Virus record (IMG/VR): IMGVR_UViG_3300003973_000001 | Span: 1 to 64,000 of that record | DNA from: a virus | Taxonomy: Duplodnaviria > Heunggongvirae > Uroviricota > Caudoviricetes | Strand: one strand, 5' to 3' | DNA length: 64,000 bases | Shown: positions 47,780 through 55,132 of the stretch, piece by piece | Layout: every line of letters starts with the position of its first letter | Position numbering within the stretch: the first letter of the stretch is position 1 | Translations under genes and position numbers: made by a program | The notes under the pieces: generated by a model | Told to the model about the DNA's origin: nothing | Databases searched by the model: none | Seen by the model: only the letters and a program-made list of their open reading frames with translations

Positions 47780-48220
47780 TTAAATGTTTTCTGAAATATT
47801 TATTACATCTGTTAATGCTTCATAAACAGATTCTAGTTTTAATTCAATTCTAAATTTACTACCACTACCAAAGTGTTCTTTAACCTCTTGCGGTAAGTAA
47901 TGCGGTAGAATCATAATGTCTGACTCATGGTCAATGTATTTCTTGTTAACGCCTTTGATATCATCTGCGTAAAAGGCATTGCCTTCTTCTCCAATATCAG
48001 AGGTAACAAGAAAGTATTCTTTAGCGCCTAAGTCAATAGCCTTTTCATCATATAATGATAGGTCGATTACTTTTAAAAGCTCAAGCGTATCATTCTTATC
48101 TAAGACGATTGCAATATTGCGCTTTGTTTCTCCATATGGATGTCCACCAATGAAGTAAGCGATATGTTCCATCGCTATTTTATGTGAGTCTACTGGCATT
48201 TCATATTTAACTTGGTTCAC
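47780..48220 (-). CDS. hypothetical protein
   Basis: ORF. Confidence 0.5.
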   Translation of the reverse strand: MNQVKYEMPVDSHKIAMEHIAYFIGGHPYGETKRNIAIVLDKNDTLELLKVIDLSLYDEKAIDLGAKEYFLVTSDIGEEGNAFYADDIKGVNKKYIDHESDIMILPHYLPQEVKEHFGSGSKFRIELKLESVYEALTDVINISENI

Positions 48221-48410
48221 CGTTAAGTAACCTCCCTGCTTCTAAATGATAAGAAGATTCTGCAATATTTTTCTGCATTTCAACATATCGTTGCATATCA
48301 GAGATTTGTTTAATATCAATGTTTTCGTGACTCTTAATGTCATTAATTTTCTCTTGAACGAATTCCCAGTTTGAATCTAGGGACTCTTTTTTTGTTTTAA
48401 TGTCTTTCAT
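48207..48410 (-). CDS. hypothetical protein
   Basis: ORF. Confidence 0.4.
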   Translation of the reverse strand: MKDIKTKKESLDSNWEFVQEKINDIKSHENIDIKQISDMQRYVEMQKNIAESSYHLEAGRLLNGEPS

Positions 48411-48429
48411 GTCTGTGTTCCCTCTCTCT

Positions 48430-48660
48430 CAATAAGACATTTCTACAGTGCGTTAGGCTGTGAAGCACGAGACTTCACAAGATAAACACAAAGGAGTGTG
48501 CGAGAATAACGAGTGCAACTAAAGATAAATAACTTAAATACACAAAGGATTGGTGTACTACACACCCTAACGCACTGCAGAATGCTTTGGTCTAATACGA
48601 TTTAAAAGACCCAGATAATAAGACCTCTCTTGGAGGAATTCAAAGCACCGCATAGCAGTG
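48430..48660. other. structured non-coding region between the late operon and the tRNA island
   Basis: 12-bp long-range inverted repeat CAGTGCGTTAGG (48446) / CCTAACGCACTG (48567) enclosing local hairpins (TGTGAAG-cacgaga-CTTCACA, GGTGT-actac-ACACC) and repeated ACACAAAGGA words. Confidence 0.35.
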
Positions 48661-48682
48661 CAACATAATATTTAGTTGTCAA

Positions 48683-48753
48683 CAGGGGTTGTAGGAATCG
48701 AACCCACACTGGAGGTTTTGGAGACCTCTGTTCTACCGTTAAACTAAACCCCT
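48683..48753 (-). tRNA. tRNA-Trp (anticodon CCA)
   Basis: Hand-folded cloverleaf. Acceptor AGGGGTT/AACCCCT, anticodon loop CTCCAAA, T-loop GGTTCGATTCC. CCA not encoded. Confidence 0.75.
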
Positions 48754-48757
48754 AAGA

Positions 48758-48834
48758 TGGCATCCCATACAGGATTCGAACCTGCGAATGCTCGATAGAA
48801 AGTCGAGTGTGTTAGCCAATTTCACCAATGGGAC
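48758..48834 (-). tRNA. tRNA-Glu (anticodon TTC), CCA encoded
   Basis: Cloverleaf with anticodon stem CTCGA/TCGAG and loop CTTTCTA. Position 37 is U, which is unusual. Confidence 0.6.
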
Positions 48835-48965
48835 ATAAAGCACAAGGGTTGTTTACGTTTTTTGTTTTGGACACCCAAGAAACATAAAACTTTCTATAAT
48901 TAGTGACGAATCAAGGCATTGCCTTTGCGTTTTTTTGAATAGAAAGAAACGTATTAAGTCCATAA

Positions 48966-49039
48966 TGCCGACTGTAGGAATCGAACCCACGACCTGTTGC
49001 TTACAAGGCAACCGCTCTAACCTGCTGAGCTAAGTCGGC
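48966..49039 (-). tRNA. tRNA-Thr (anticodon TGT)
   Basis: Acceptor GCCGACT/AGTCGGC. Anticodon stem-loop GTTGC CTTGTAA GCAAC. Confidence 0.75.
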
Positions 49040-49094
49040 AAAACTGAGGACTAGCCTCAGAAATCATAGTAAGGAGGGCTTACAAATGAATAAA

Positions 49095-49166
49095 AGGGAC
49101 ATGAGGGAATCGAACCCTCGTCATCTGGTTGGAAGCCAGAGATAATAGCCTCTATACGAATGCCCC
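49095..49166 (-). tRNA. tRNA-Gly (anticodon TCC)
   Basis: Anticodon stem-loop TCTGG CTTCCAA CCAGA. T-loop GGTTCGATTCC. Confidence 0.7.
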
Positions 49167-49167
49167 A

Positions 49168-49244
49168 TGGAGGAGAGAGTGAGATTCAAACTCACGAATA
49201 ATAGGGTTGCAACCTATCGCGTTAAGCCACTTCGCCATCTCTCC
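49168..49244 (-). tRNA. tRNA-Cys (anticodon GCA), CCA encoded
   Basis: Acceptor GGAGAGA/TCTCTCC. Anticodon stem-loop ATAGG TTGCAAC CCTAT. Confidence 0.7.
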
Positions 49245-49247
49245 ATA

Positions 49248-49334
49248 TGGTGGGAAAGGTAGGATTCGAACCTACGAAACTTGTAAGGTAACAGATTTAC
49301 AGTCTGCCTGCTTTAACCCCTTGCATACTCGCCC
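49248..49334 (-). tRNA. tRNA-Tyr (anticodon GTA), long variable arm, CCA encoded
   Basis: Anticodon loop CTGTAAA. 87 nt, class II. Confidence 0.7.
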
Positions 49335-49342
49335 AAATAAAA

Positions 49343-49372
49343 TAGCGCCCATATTTCAGAGCGCTGTTATGT
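49343..49372 (-). terminator. hairpin terminator after 49374..49637, immediately upstream of tRNA-Tyr
   Basis: AGCGC-(12 nt)-GCGCT followed by ATTTTATTT. Confidence 0.45.
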
Positions 49373-49373
49373 T

Positions 49374-49637
49374 TTAATCTAATTCTACAAATTTATTAAT
49401 CTTGGCTTTAAATCGAGCATTTTGCTCTTTGCCTGCTTTTGCACTATTTACAGAAGATTGAAGTTTATCAATTTCGGCTTGCTTCTTGGCGATTTCGCCT
49501 TGGGCATCCTTAATAATAACGTCAAATTCAGCATCTGATTTATCTACTGATGCAATCGCATCTGCAAAAACCGTTTGTGCATTTTTAAAAGTATTTTCTG
49601 CTTTCGCAATCTTTTGTTCATGATTCATCTTTAGCAT
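49374..49637 (-). CDS. hypothetical coiled-coil protein embedded in the tRNA island
   Basis: ORF with a downstream hairpin terminator (49343-49372). Confidence 0.5.
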   Translation of the reverse strand: MLKMNHEQKIAKAENTFKNAQTVFADAIASVDKSDAEFDVIIKDAQGEIAKKQAEIDKLQSSVNSAKAGKEQNARFKAKINKFVELD

Positions 49638-49660
49638 AACTCTCTCATTCTCCCTTGTTT

Positions 49661-49735
49661 GCTAATTTAATGGTACAGGTGGCAGGATTTGAACCTGCGT
49701 GACCTCCGCCCCAAACGGAGTGACTGACCTCTAGC
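49661..49735 (-). tRNA. tRNA-Pro (anticodon TGG), CCA encoded
   Basis: Anticodon stem-loop CTCCG TTTGGGG CGGAG. Acceptor has two G-U pairs. Confidence 0.6.
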
Positions 49736-49851
49736 CTACACCCATATAATAAAAGCTACCGTTATTTTAAGCTTCTATAGTCCTCTTAATAAGAGTCCAG
49801 AAGTGTGCTTTCATGAGAACCGTAGCGAAACTCAGTGTGTGTGAAAAATAT

Positions 49852-49938
49852 AAGTAAGGAAAGGAGAATACAGGATTCGAACCTGTGGGAGCATTCAGTC
49901 TCCACTTCTTTAGCAAAGAAGCACAATAAGCCACTCTG
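49852..49938 (-). tRNA. tRNA-Ser (anticodon GCT), class II
   Basis: Acceptor GGAGAAT/ATTCTCC. Anticodon stem-loop CTTCT TTGCTAA AGAAG. Long variable arm. Confidence 0.7.
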
Positions 49939-50017
49939 ACAATTCTCCACGTTGGTACTCGTTTTATTCGGAACACGAGTATACATTCCACTCATCGATG
50001 ACAATGCTAGGTGAGCA

Positions 50018-50091
50018 ATCGCATAAGCTTCGGAGGAAGGGGTCGAACCTCCACGTTCTTGGGTCAAAGCCAAGTGACTTTACCAATTTGT
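50018..50091 (-). tRNA. tRNA-Gln (anticodon TTG)
   Basis: Acceptor TTCGGAG/CTCCGAA. Anticodon stem-loop CTTGG CTTTGAC CCAAG. Confidence 0.65.
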
Positions 50092-50097
50092 CTACTC

Positions 50098-50187
50098 CGA
50101 AATAATGTGGCGGAGAGTGAGGGACTTGAACCCCCATCGGCTTTCACACCTACGCTAGTTTTCAAGACTAGTCTCTTACCAATTAGA
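50098..50187 (-). tRNA. tRNA-Ser (anticodon TGA), class II, CCA encoded
   Basis: Acceptor GGAGAGT/ACTCTCC. Anticodon stem-loop CTAGT CTTGAAA ACTAG. Confidence 0.7.
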
Positions 50188-50192
50188 GTAAC

Positions 50193-50267
50193 TCTCCACA
50201 TTTGGCGAGGATAACGAGATTCGAACTCGTGCTACATGGTAGACAGCCATGTGTGTTGACCACTACA
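50193..50267 (-). tRNA. tRNA-Asp (anticodon GTC), CCA encoded
   Basis: Acceptor GGGGATA/TATCCTC. Anticodon stem-loop CATGG CTGTCTA CCATG (U37 again). Confidence 0.65.
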
Positions 50268-50374
50268 CTATATCCCCAAAGCTGTTCTAGCCACCACAGC
50301 TAGAACAGGAGGTAGGAGGTTTTAAAATGAACCAAGATTTAGGTGTTTATAGATTGGATTTAACCAATGCCTAA

Positions 50375-50455
50375 ACATATTAAGAGCCGAGTGCAGGAAT
50401 CGAACCTGCGACCAAAAGTCTGTTACTGAGCGCTCCTTATCGCTTTACCACTAAG
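50375..50455 (-). pseudogene. tRNA-like element (81 nt) lacking a canonical anticodon arm
   Basis: Perfect acceptor GCCGAGT/ACTCGGC, D-arm GCTT/AAGC and T-arm GCAGG-TTCGATT-CCTGC. The 31 nt between them contain a GAGCGCTC palindrome and no 5-7-5 anticodon hairpin. Confidence 0.4.
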
Positions 50456-50521
50456 CTAACTCGGCATAATGTGGAGCAGGAAGTGAGGGACGACCTCATA
50501 GACAATCGTTAATTGCAACCT

Positions 50522-50618
50522 GCATATGGAGTTCTGTAGGTGGGAGTCGAACCCACATGACAAATACTTGACCCTTTCTTTCCCATTTGGGATTACTCGA
50601 ACCTTTCAATATCGCTGA
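50522..50618 (-). ncRNA. oversized tRNA-like element (about 97-100 nt)
   Basis: Acceptor-type terminal pairing GTTCTGT(G)/(C)ACAGAAC and perfect T-arm GTGGG-TTCGACT-CCCAC (the selC-type T-loop). The internal region is too long for a standard tRNA and I could not fold it by eye. Confidence 0.35.
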
Positions 50619-50624
50619 CCTTCA

Positions 50625-50701
50625 CAGAACATAATGGCGTGTCTAGATGGACTTGAACCAACGACCCTCCGCTTAACAGGCGGATGCTCTAACCAACTGA
50701 G
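50625..50701 (-). tRNA. tRNA-Asn (anticodon GTT), CCA encoded
   Basis: D-arm GCTCAGTTGGTTAGAGC. Anticodon stem-loop TCCGC CTGTTAA GCGGA. Confidence 0.7.
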
Positions 50702-50921
50702 CTACAGACACAAATTTGAGGATAGTACCGTTCCTATCCTCAATAACATATATAGTAGGAGGAAAATACATGTCGAGAAAAACAAGCAGGTTGTAACTGG
50801 ATTTGCACCAGTCATCATCCATCTAGGACAACCATGAAAAGAAGCCACGCCAATCAGCATGACTCCTTGGGTATGTTTTGGGGAGTAGCTATCGCATTTC
50901 CCCAGTTATGTTTGTTTTAAA

Positions 50922-51191
50922 TTAGAATTTACGTAATGATTTTGCTAATTTAGCAGATGCTTTACGGTGAGCAGGAACAGTGATTGCTTCGCCAGTTTGT
51001 GGATTACGACCAGTGCCTTCAGCAACTTCTTTTGATACGAATGAAGCTAAACCTTTAAGTTCTACATCTTCTCCGCGAGTTACAGCGCCAACAATTACTT
51101 CTTTAAAAGCATCGAAATGTGCCTTCGCGTCTTTCTTAGTTCCACCTGTAATTTCTGCCATTGCGTTTACTACTTCTGTTGTTTTCATCAT
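50922..51191 (-). CDS. HU/IHF-family histone-like DNA-binding protein (SPO1 TF1-like)
   Basis: MMKTTEVVNAMAEITGGTKKDAKAHFDAFKEVI...GRNPQTGEAITVPA matches the HU fold signature (GRNPQTGE). Start set at ATG 51189-91 after an AAAGGGAGAT RBS. Confidence 0.8.
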   Translation of the reverse strand: MMKTTEVVNAMAEITGGTKKDAKAHFDAFKEVIVGAVTRGEDVELKGLASFVSKEVAEGTGRNPQTGEAITVPAHRKASAKLAKSLRKF

Positions 51192-51275
51192 AATTTGATA
51201 TCTCCCTTTCTCTCTCATTCCATTATGAGATTTAATAAAATATTTGTTTTATTAGTTTTGTAATAATTTTGTTTG

Positions 51276-51346
51276 AGCCGAAGGTGGGAATCGAACCCAC
51301 TCTACCACCTTGCGATGATAAGCTTTCCATATACTTCTCTTTCGGC
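51276..51346 (-). pseudogene. tRNA-like element (71 nt) with a degenerate anticodon arm
   Basis: Acceptor GCCGAAA/CTTCGGC and T-arm GTGGG-TTCGATT-CCCAC are intact. No convincing D or anticodon stems. Confidence 0.35.
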
Positions 51347-51445
51347 ATAATAAGAAGCCCAAGCTAGGAGACTTGGGCAAATTTGAGATACAACGATTTA
51401 GGAGGCAATCATTAATTGCTAAGTTTTTAAATCCATTAACCACTT

Positions 51446-51464
51446 CTGCAAATCTTTTGCTTAG
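51446..51464 (-). promoter_or_regulatory. 19-bp motif class B variant (downstream of the sigma gene, upstream of the tRNA/HU unit)
   Basis: ctgcaaatcttttgcttag. Confidence 0.5.
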
Positions 51465-51525
51465 TGGCTTACACTATATATAGCAGTAGCCTCCAAAATA
51501 GTTCGTATCATTTCTCATATTTTTT

Positions 51526-52584
51526 TTATTTATTTTTGATGGCGATTTTATAAAGCTCTTTAACGTAGAATTCTGCTGACTTTTTAGCGATTCGTGTAAT
51601 CGTCTCTGAAACAGTATTCTTCTTGATTCCCAGTAATTCCTCTAGTTCTTCTTGTGCATATCCCTGTCTGAATAAGTCAACAATACTTTGCTCACGAACA
51701 GTCAGAACCATTCTATCTAGCATTCTATTGTAGTCATATATAATGATTCCTAATCCATCTTCATCCATCATATCTTCTCTATTAAGCATTCTGAGAAGCT
51801 CTTTGTTATTTACAATATCAGCGAAATCAATAACATCTAACTTGTTTGCCACACCCTCATCCTTAAGTAGATTCTTAAATTCGATAGGACGCTTGATAGC
51901 TTTCTTGATAGCAATCTGATTATCTTTCGCCTCGCGAATCCAACGAGTTACATAGCCTTTGACGTTTTTGCGAATCTTTAGGAGCTTCGCACGAGCCTCT
52001 TCTTCCATTATAATAGGAAGAGATGCGTCAATTCGATTTTCAATCATCTTCACAAACGAGTCGTCTCCTGCCTTTTCGACTAAGTCTTGCAGTCTGCCAA
52101 TCTCTACTATTTCTCTAATATCCTTAGAAAGTATACTCATACCCTTGACTAGCTTCTGATTTTTATCTTCATTAGAATAGAACATATCGAATACTTCTAC
52201 TTCTGAATTGCCATCTCCACTTTCAAATGCTGAAGCTACAACGTTCTCAGACTCTTTATATTGCTTGAACTCTCTCTCACTCTTCCAAAATCGGTACTCT
52301 ACCTTTCTGTTAGTGTCGATATCTTTTGCATTAAGAAGATATGTACCTAGCATCTCTAACGTTCGGCATACAGCATCCTGCTCAGCCATCCAACCTTGTT
52401 GCGTTGGGCTTACATCGTAATATTCACCAAAGTATGCAGAGAAGAATTCATGTACATTCCCTTCTCCATCACCAATCACTTCATTTATTACCTCTAATCT
52501 ATCATGAAACTTCTCAACTGAATAATCCTGCTGTTGGAAATCCACCAATTTTTTACCTGCAATTGAACTACTGAAGTACTTCAC
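51526..52584 (-). CDS. phage-encoded sigma-70-family sigma factor
   Basis: C-terminal region-4 HTH (QSIVDLFRQGYAQEELEELLGIKKNTVSETITRIAKK). 352 aa. Confidence 0.6.
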   Translation of the reverse strand: MKYFSSSIAGKKLVDFQQQDYSVEKFHDRLEVINEVIGDGEGNVHEFFSAYFGEYYDVSPTQQGWMAEQDAVCRTLEMLGTYLLNAKDIDTNRKVEYRFWKSEREFKQYKESENVVASAFESGDGNSEVEVFDMFYSNEDKNQKLVKGMSILSKDIREIVEIGRLQDLVEKAGDDSFVKMIENRIDASLPIIMEEEARAKLLKIRKNVKGYVTRWIREAKDNQIAIKKAIKRPIEFKNLLKDEGVANKLDVIDFADIVNNKELLRMLNREDMMDEDGLGIIIYDYNRMLDRMVLTVREQSIVDLFRQGYAQEELEELLGIKKNTVSETITRIAKKSAEFYVKELYKIAIKNK

Positions 52585-52789
52585 GTTTCATCTCTCCTTG
52601 TGCTTTTCTATATGTTTTCATCTTTGTAATAAATCTAGCTGTTGCTTGTAGTTGTTTTTCTCGCTCAATATCGTCATACATTTTATCTAGCTCTCCACTA
52701 AGATATAATTCATTCATCTCATCTGGTGACAATGTCCCTAGATAGTTCTCTAATGGTATGTATGAACCAAACTCTCTCATCATTTCCAT
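52568..52789 (-). CDS. hypothetical protein
   Basis: ORF overlapping the sigma start by 17 nt. Confidence 0.4.
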   Translation of the reverse strand: MEMMREFGSYIPLENYLGTLSPDEMNELYLSGELDKMYDDIEREKQLQATARFITKMKTYRKAQGEMKREVLQ

Positions 52790-52871
52790 ACTTTTGTTTA
52801 ACTCCTTTGTTTAAAATTCACCTTTGTTTTATTCGCCTTTGTGTGTACATTATATAACGTTTCTTTAATTT

Positions 52872-52890
52872 CTGCAATACTTTTGTTTAA
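52872..52890 (-). promoter_or_regulatory. 19-bp motif class A
   Basis: ctgcaatacttttgtttaa. Confidence 0.55.
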
Positions 52891-52926
52891 GGTGAAACTA
52901 GCCAGAAGCTCAAGGCTTCTATAGGC

Positions 52927-53313
52927 TTATTTCATCTTCGGTTCTTTAAGAATTCCCATCTCTTTAAGCTGTTCAGTAGATTTTAGATATGTCTCTCTAT
53001 CCATTCTAAGCTCTTTATGGAACATTTCTTTACCATACTCATCTCTCTTAACAGATTTATTCGTATTCTTATCTGTAGAACGGTAAGCGAAAATCATTTC
53101 GTACATTCTCTCAGTTGGTGTCTGTATATATTCAATCAACTTTTGTACTAGCACTCCACTTGGCGCACTTCTGTTCCCAATACAGTTCATATAGTAGTTA
53201 TAGTTAACCTCGAAAACGTCAGTAAACTCTCTCTTAGATACGTTTTCTGCAGTACGTTTAATTTCTCCTAATCGAAGAATTTCTCTTCCATCCATTGTTT
53301 CTAGTAAGTTCAT
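52927..53313 (-). CDS. hypothetical protein
   Basis: ORF. Confidence 0.5.
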   Translation of the reverse strand: MNLLETMDGREILRLGEIKRTAENVSKREFTDVFEVNYNYYMNCIGNRSAPSGVLVQKLIEYIQTPTERMYEMIFAYRSTDKNTNKSVKRDEYGKEMFHKELRMDRETYLKSTEQLKEMGILKEPKMK

Positions 53314-53372
53314 TTGTAATTCCTCCGTTAACCTTATGTGTTATAGTGTTAGTGTAACACAATCACACTAGA

Positions 53373-53822
53373 TTAACAACTGCTTTTTTGGATTACTTTT
53401 CTTAATTCCTCAATTTCTTTCTCGCGGTTCTTTATTTCCTTCTCAGCTTTAACCTTAATTCCTTTTAATATAATGAATCTAAGATTCTCCATTATATATA
53501 GAAACTTCTCGTCATCAAGGAAACTAGCATATATCTCATTAGCAATGATATGACTAACCTTATGAAGAATGAAATCATCTTTACTATTATGGTAAGGAAG
53601 CTCCTCATAATCTTCTCTAGACATTGGATATACGGAATCTACAAATTCATAAAATCCGTCTTCCATATCGTATACGCCTGCAAGGTCGATAATTTCAAAT
53701 ACACGTTTAACTCGTGTATCTTTTAGGTCTCGATATTCGTCCATGAAAGTTGTCCATAGTTCTAATATCTCACCTTTCTTCTGTTTATATTGCTTTGTCG
53801 TTCCATTTTTAATTACTGCCAA
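53373..53822 (-). CDS. hypothetical protein
   Basis: ORF. Confidence 0.5.
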   Translation of the reverse strand: MAVIKNGTTKQYKQKKGEILELWTTFMDEYRDLKDTRVKRVFEIIDLAGVYDMEDGFYEFVDSVYPMSREDYEELPYHNSKDDFILHKVSHIIANEIYASFLDDEKFLYIMENLRFIILKGIKVKAEKEIKNREKEIEELRKVIQKSSC

Positions 53823-54593
53823 CTATTCCACCTCATTAATAGGATTGTTATTTCTATCTAATACTTGGATATAATGAGTCTCATTACTATAGCCCAGTTT
53901 ATCCATAGCATCTTGAATATAGATAAAAATTGATTTTGCACTATCCCCTACTCTCCAGTAGAAGTTGTGCGTCTTAGAAATGCTCTTGCCTTTAATTTGC
54001 TTCTTGGCTGTAAATCTCATCTTTCTAAAGTCAATGACACTGAGTTCATCTTTTAATATGTAGATGTACTTTGATACGGTTTTGTCACTAATGCCTGTTT
54101 CAAACTGAATTGTTCCTTGAGAAATCCAAGACACCTTGCAACTTGATTCGCTCTCGAATATAGGAGATACGATACTAGCATATACAGAGAATACTCCAAA
54201 CTTCTTCTTCTTATCCAACGTCATGAACTTCTTGATAATATCCACATCAAACATTGTGAAGTATCCACCCTTGTTAGGCTCTACCATTTTAATAAAGTAT
54301 AGTGTAGAAGGTCTCATCTTAGATGCCTCTATCCTGCACATTTCCGCTTGGTCTTCGTATACTTCAATAAATTGATGAACTTCTAGATTAGTAACGAATC
54401 CTTTCATCTTAGATTTATTTCTACTGTCCGAATGATTCATTCCCATCTGTTTGAGAAGATTTGTAATACTAACCGTTGCAGAGCCAGTTGGATTATTGGC
54501 TCGAATGACAGCGTATGTAAATTTCTCTTCTGATGTAATTACTTCGTGTTTAATTAGGGAGTCGCTAATTTTAATAAAGTTATTATTTTTCAA
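53823..54593 (-). CDS. hypothetical protein adjacent to the iteron region (possible DNA-binding/replication function)
   Basis: ORF. Motif copy 14 nt upstream. Confidence 0.5.
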   Translation of the reverse strand: MKNNNFIKISDSLIKHEVITSEEKFTYAVIRANNPTGSATVSITNLLKQMGMNHSDSRNKSKMKGFVTNLEVHQFIEVYEDQAEMCRIEASKMRPSTLYFIKMVEPNKGGYFTMFDVDIIKKFMTLDKKKKFGVFSVYASIVSPIFESESSCKVSWISQGTIQFETGISDKTVSKYIYILKDELSVIDFRKMRFTAKKQIKGKSISKTHNFYWRVGDSAKSIFIYIQDAMDKLGYSNETHYIQVLDRNNNPINEVE

Positions 54594-54613
54594 ATTCTAT
54601 CATATTCTCCTTC

Positions 54614-54632
54614 CTGCAATACTTTTATTTAA
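54614..54632 (-). promoter_or_regulatory. 19-bp motif class A variant
   Basis: ctgcaatacttttatttaa, 20 nt before the start of 53823..54593. Confidence 0.55.
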
Positions 54633-54649
54633 TGAAGTGTGTGAAAGTC

Positions 54650-54740
54650 GAAAGCGCCACTGCGCGCGACCACCCACTTATCTCTCTCTTCTTAATATGG
54701 TTCTTTTCTGCTTAAATGGTTCTCTTTTATTAGACCCCCA
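54650..54740. repeat. GC-rich segment (GCGCCACTGCGCGCGACCACCCAC...TTAGACCCCCA) duplicated at 54948-55016
   Basis: About 80-bp imperfect direct repeat preceding each iteron array. GC-rich, unlike the flanking AT-rich DNA. Confidence 0.5.
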
Positions 54741-54862
54741 GATTTACACCAATAGGGGGTGTGTATTTCCGTATACCTGTCGGAGATTTACACCCCCTAT
54801 TGGTGTAAAAATCCGTATACCCTCGGAGATATACACTAGCAGGGGGTGTAAATCTCCGTATA
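54741..54862. repeat. iteron array 1: at least 3 copies of a ~22-bp unit TATACGGAGATTTACACCCCCT (some as inverted pairs)
   Basis: Direct and inverted copies of GGTGTAAATCTCCGTAT / TACACCCCCTATTGGTGTA. Confidence 0.6.
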
Positions 54863-54903
54863 CTTTAACTCATGGATAAATTTTAACAGAGAATAAGAAA
54901 TAC

Positions 54904-54922
54904 TGCAATACTTTTGTTTAAA
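54904..54922 (-). promoter_or_regulatory. 19-bp motif class A heading the first iteron unit
   Basis: ctgcaatacttttgtttaa. Confidence 0.55.
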
Positions 54923-55016
54923 GGAATACGTTTCAGTAGTGGGAAAAGAGCGCCACCGCGCGACCCCACTACTATCTCTCTCTGCTTCGTCTGGTTCTCT
55001 TATTATTAGACCCCCA

Positions 55017-55094
55017 CATTTACACCCCCTAGTGGTGTAAATCTCCGTATGGTATGCGGAAATACGCACCCCTAGAGGGTGTAAATCTCCGTAT
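55017..55094. repeat. iteron array 2: 2-3 copies of the same unit
   Basis: atttacaccccctagtggtgtaaatctccgtat ... agagggtgtaaatctccgtat. Confidence 0.6.
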
Positions 55095-55132
55095 CAGTGA
55101 GATGTATAGAAATTTGGGTGAGTGATTTTTGC

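Noticed and set aside
49767-50214. ORF-track CDSs of 60-95 aa across the tRNA island (also 50634..50837 and 51252..51443)
   Set aside because: They overlap well-folded tRNA genes and hairpins and have no RBS. They are by-products of tRNA sequence.
54741-55094. Considered whether the 22-bp repeats are a CRISPR array
   Set aside because: The repeats are imperfect, occur in both orientations as palindromic pairs, lack regularly sized unique spacers, and there are no cas genes. They are iteron/operator-like.
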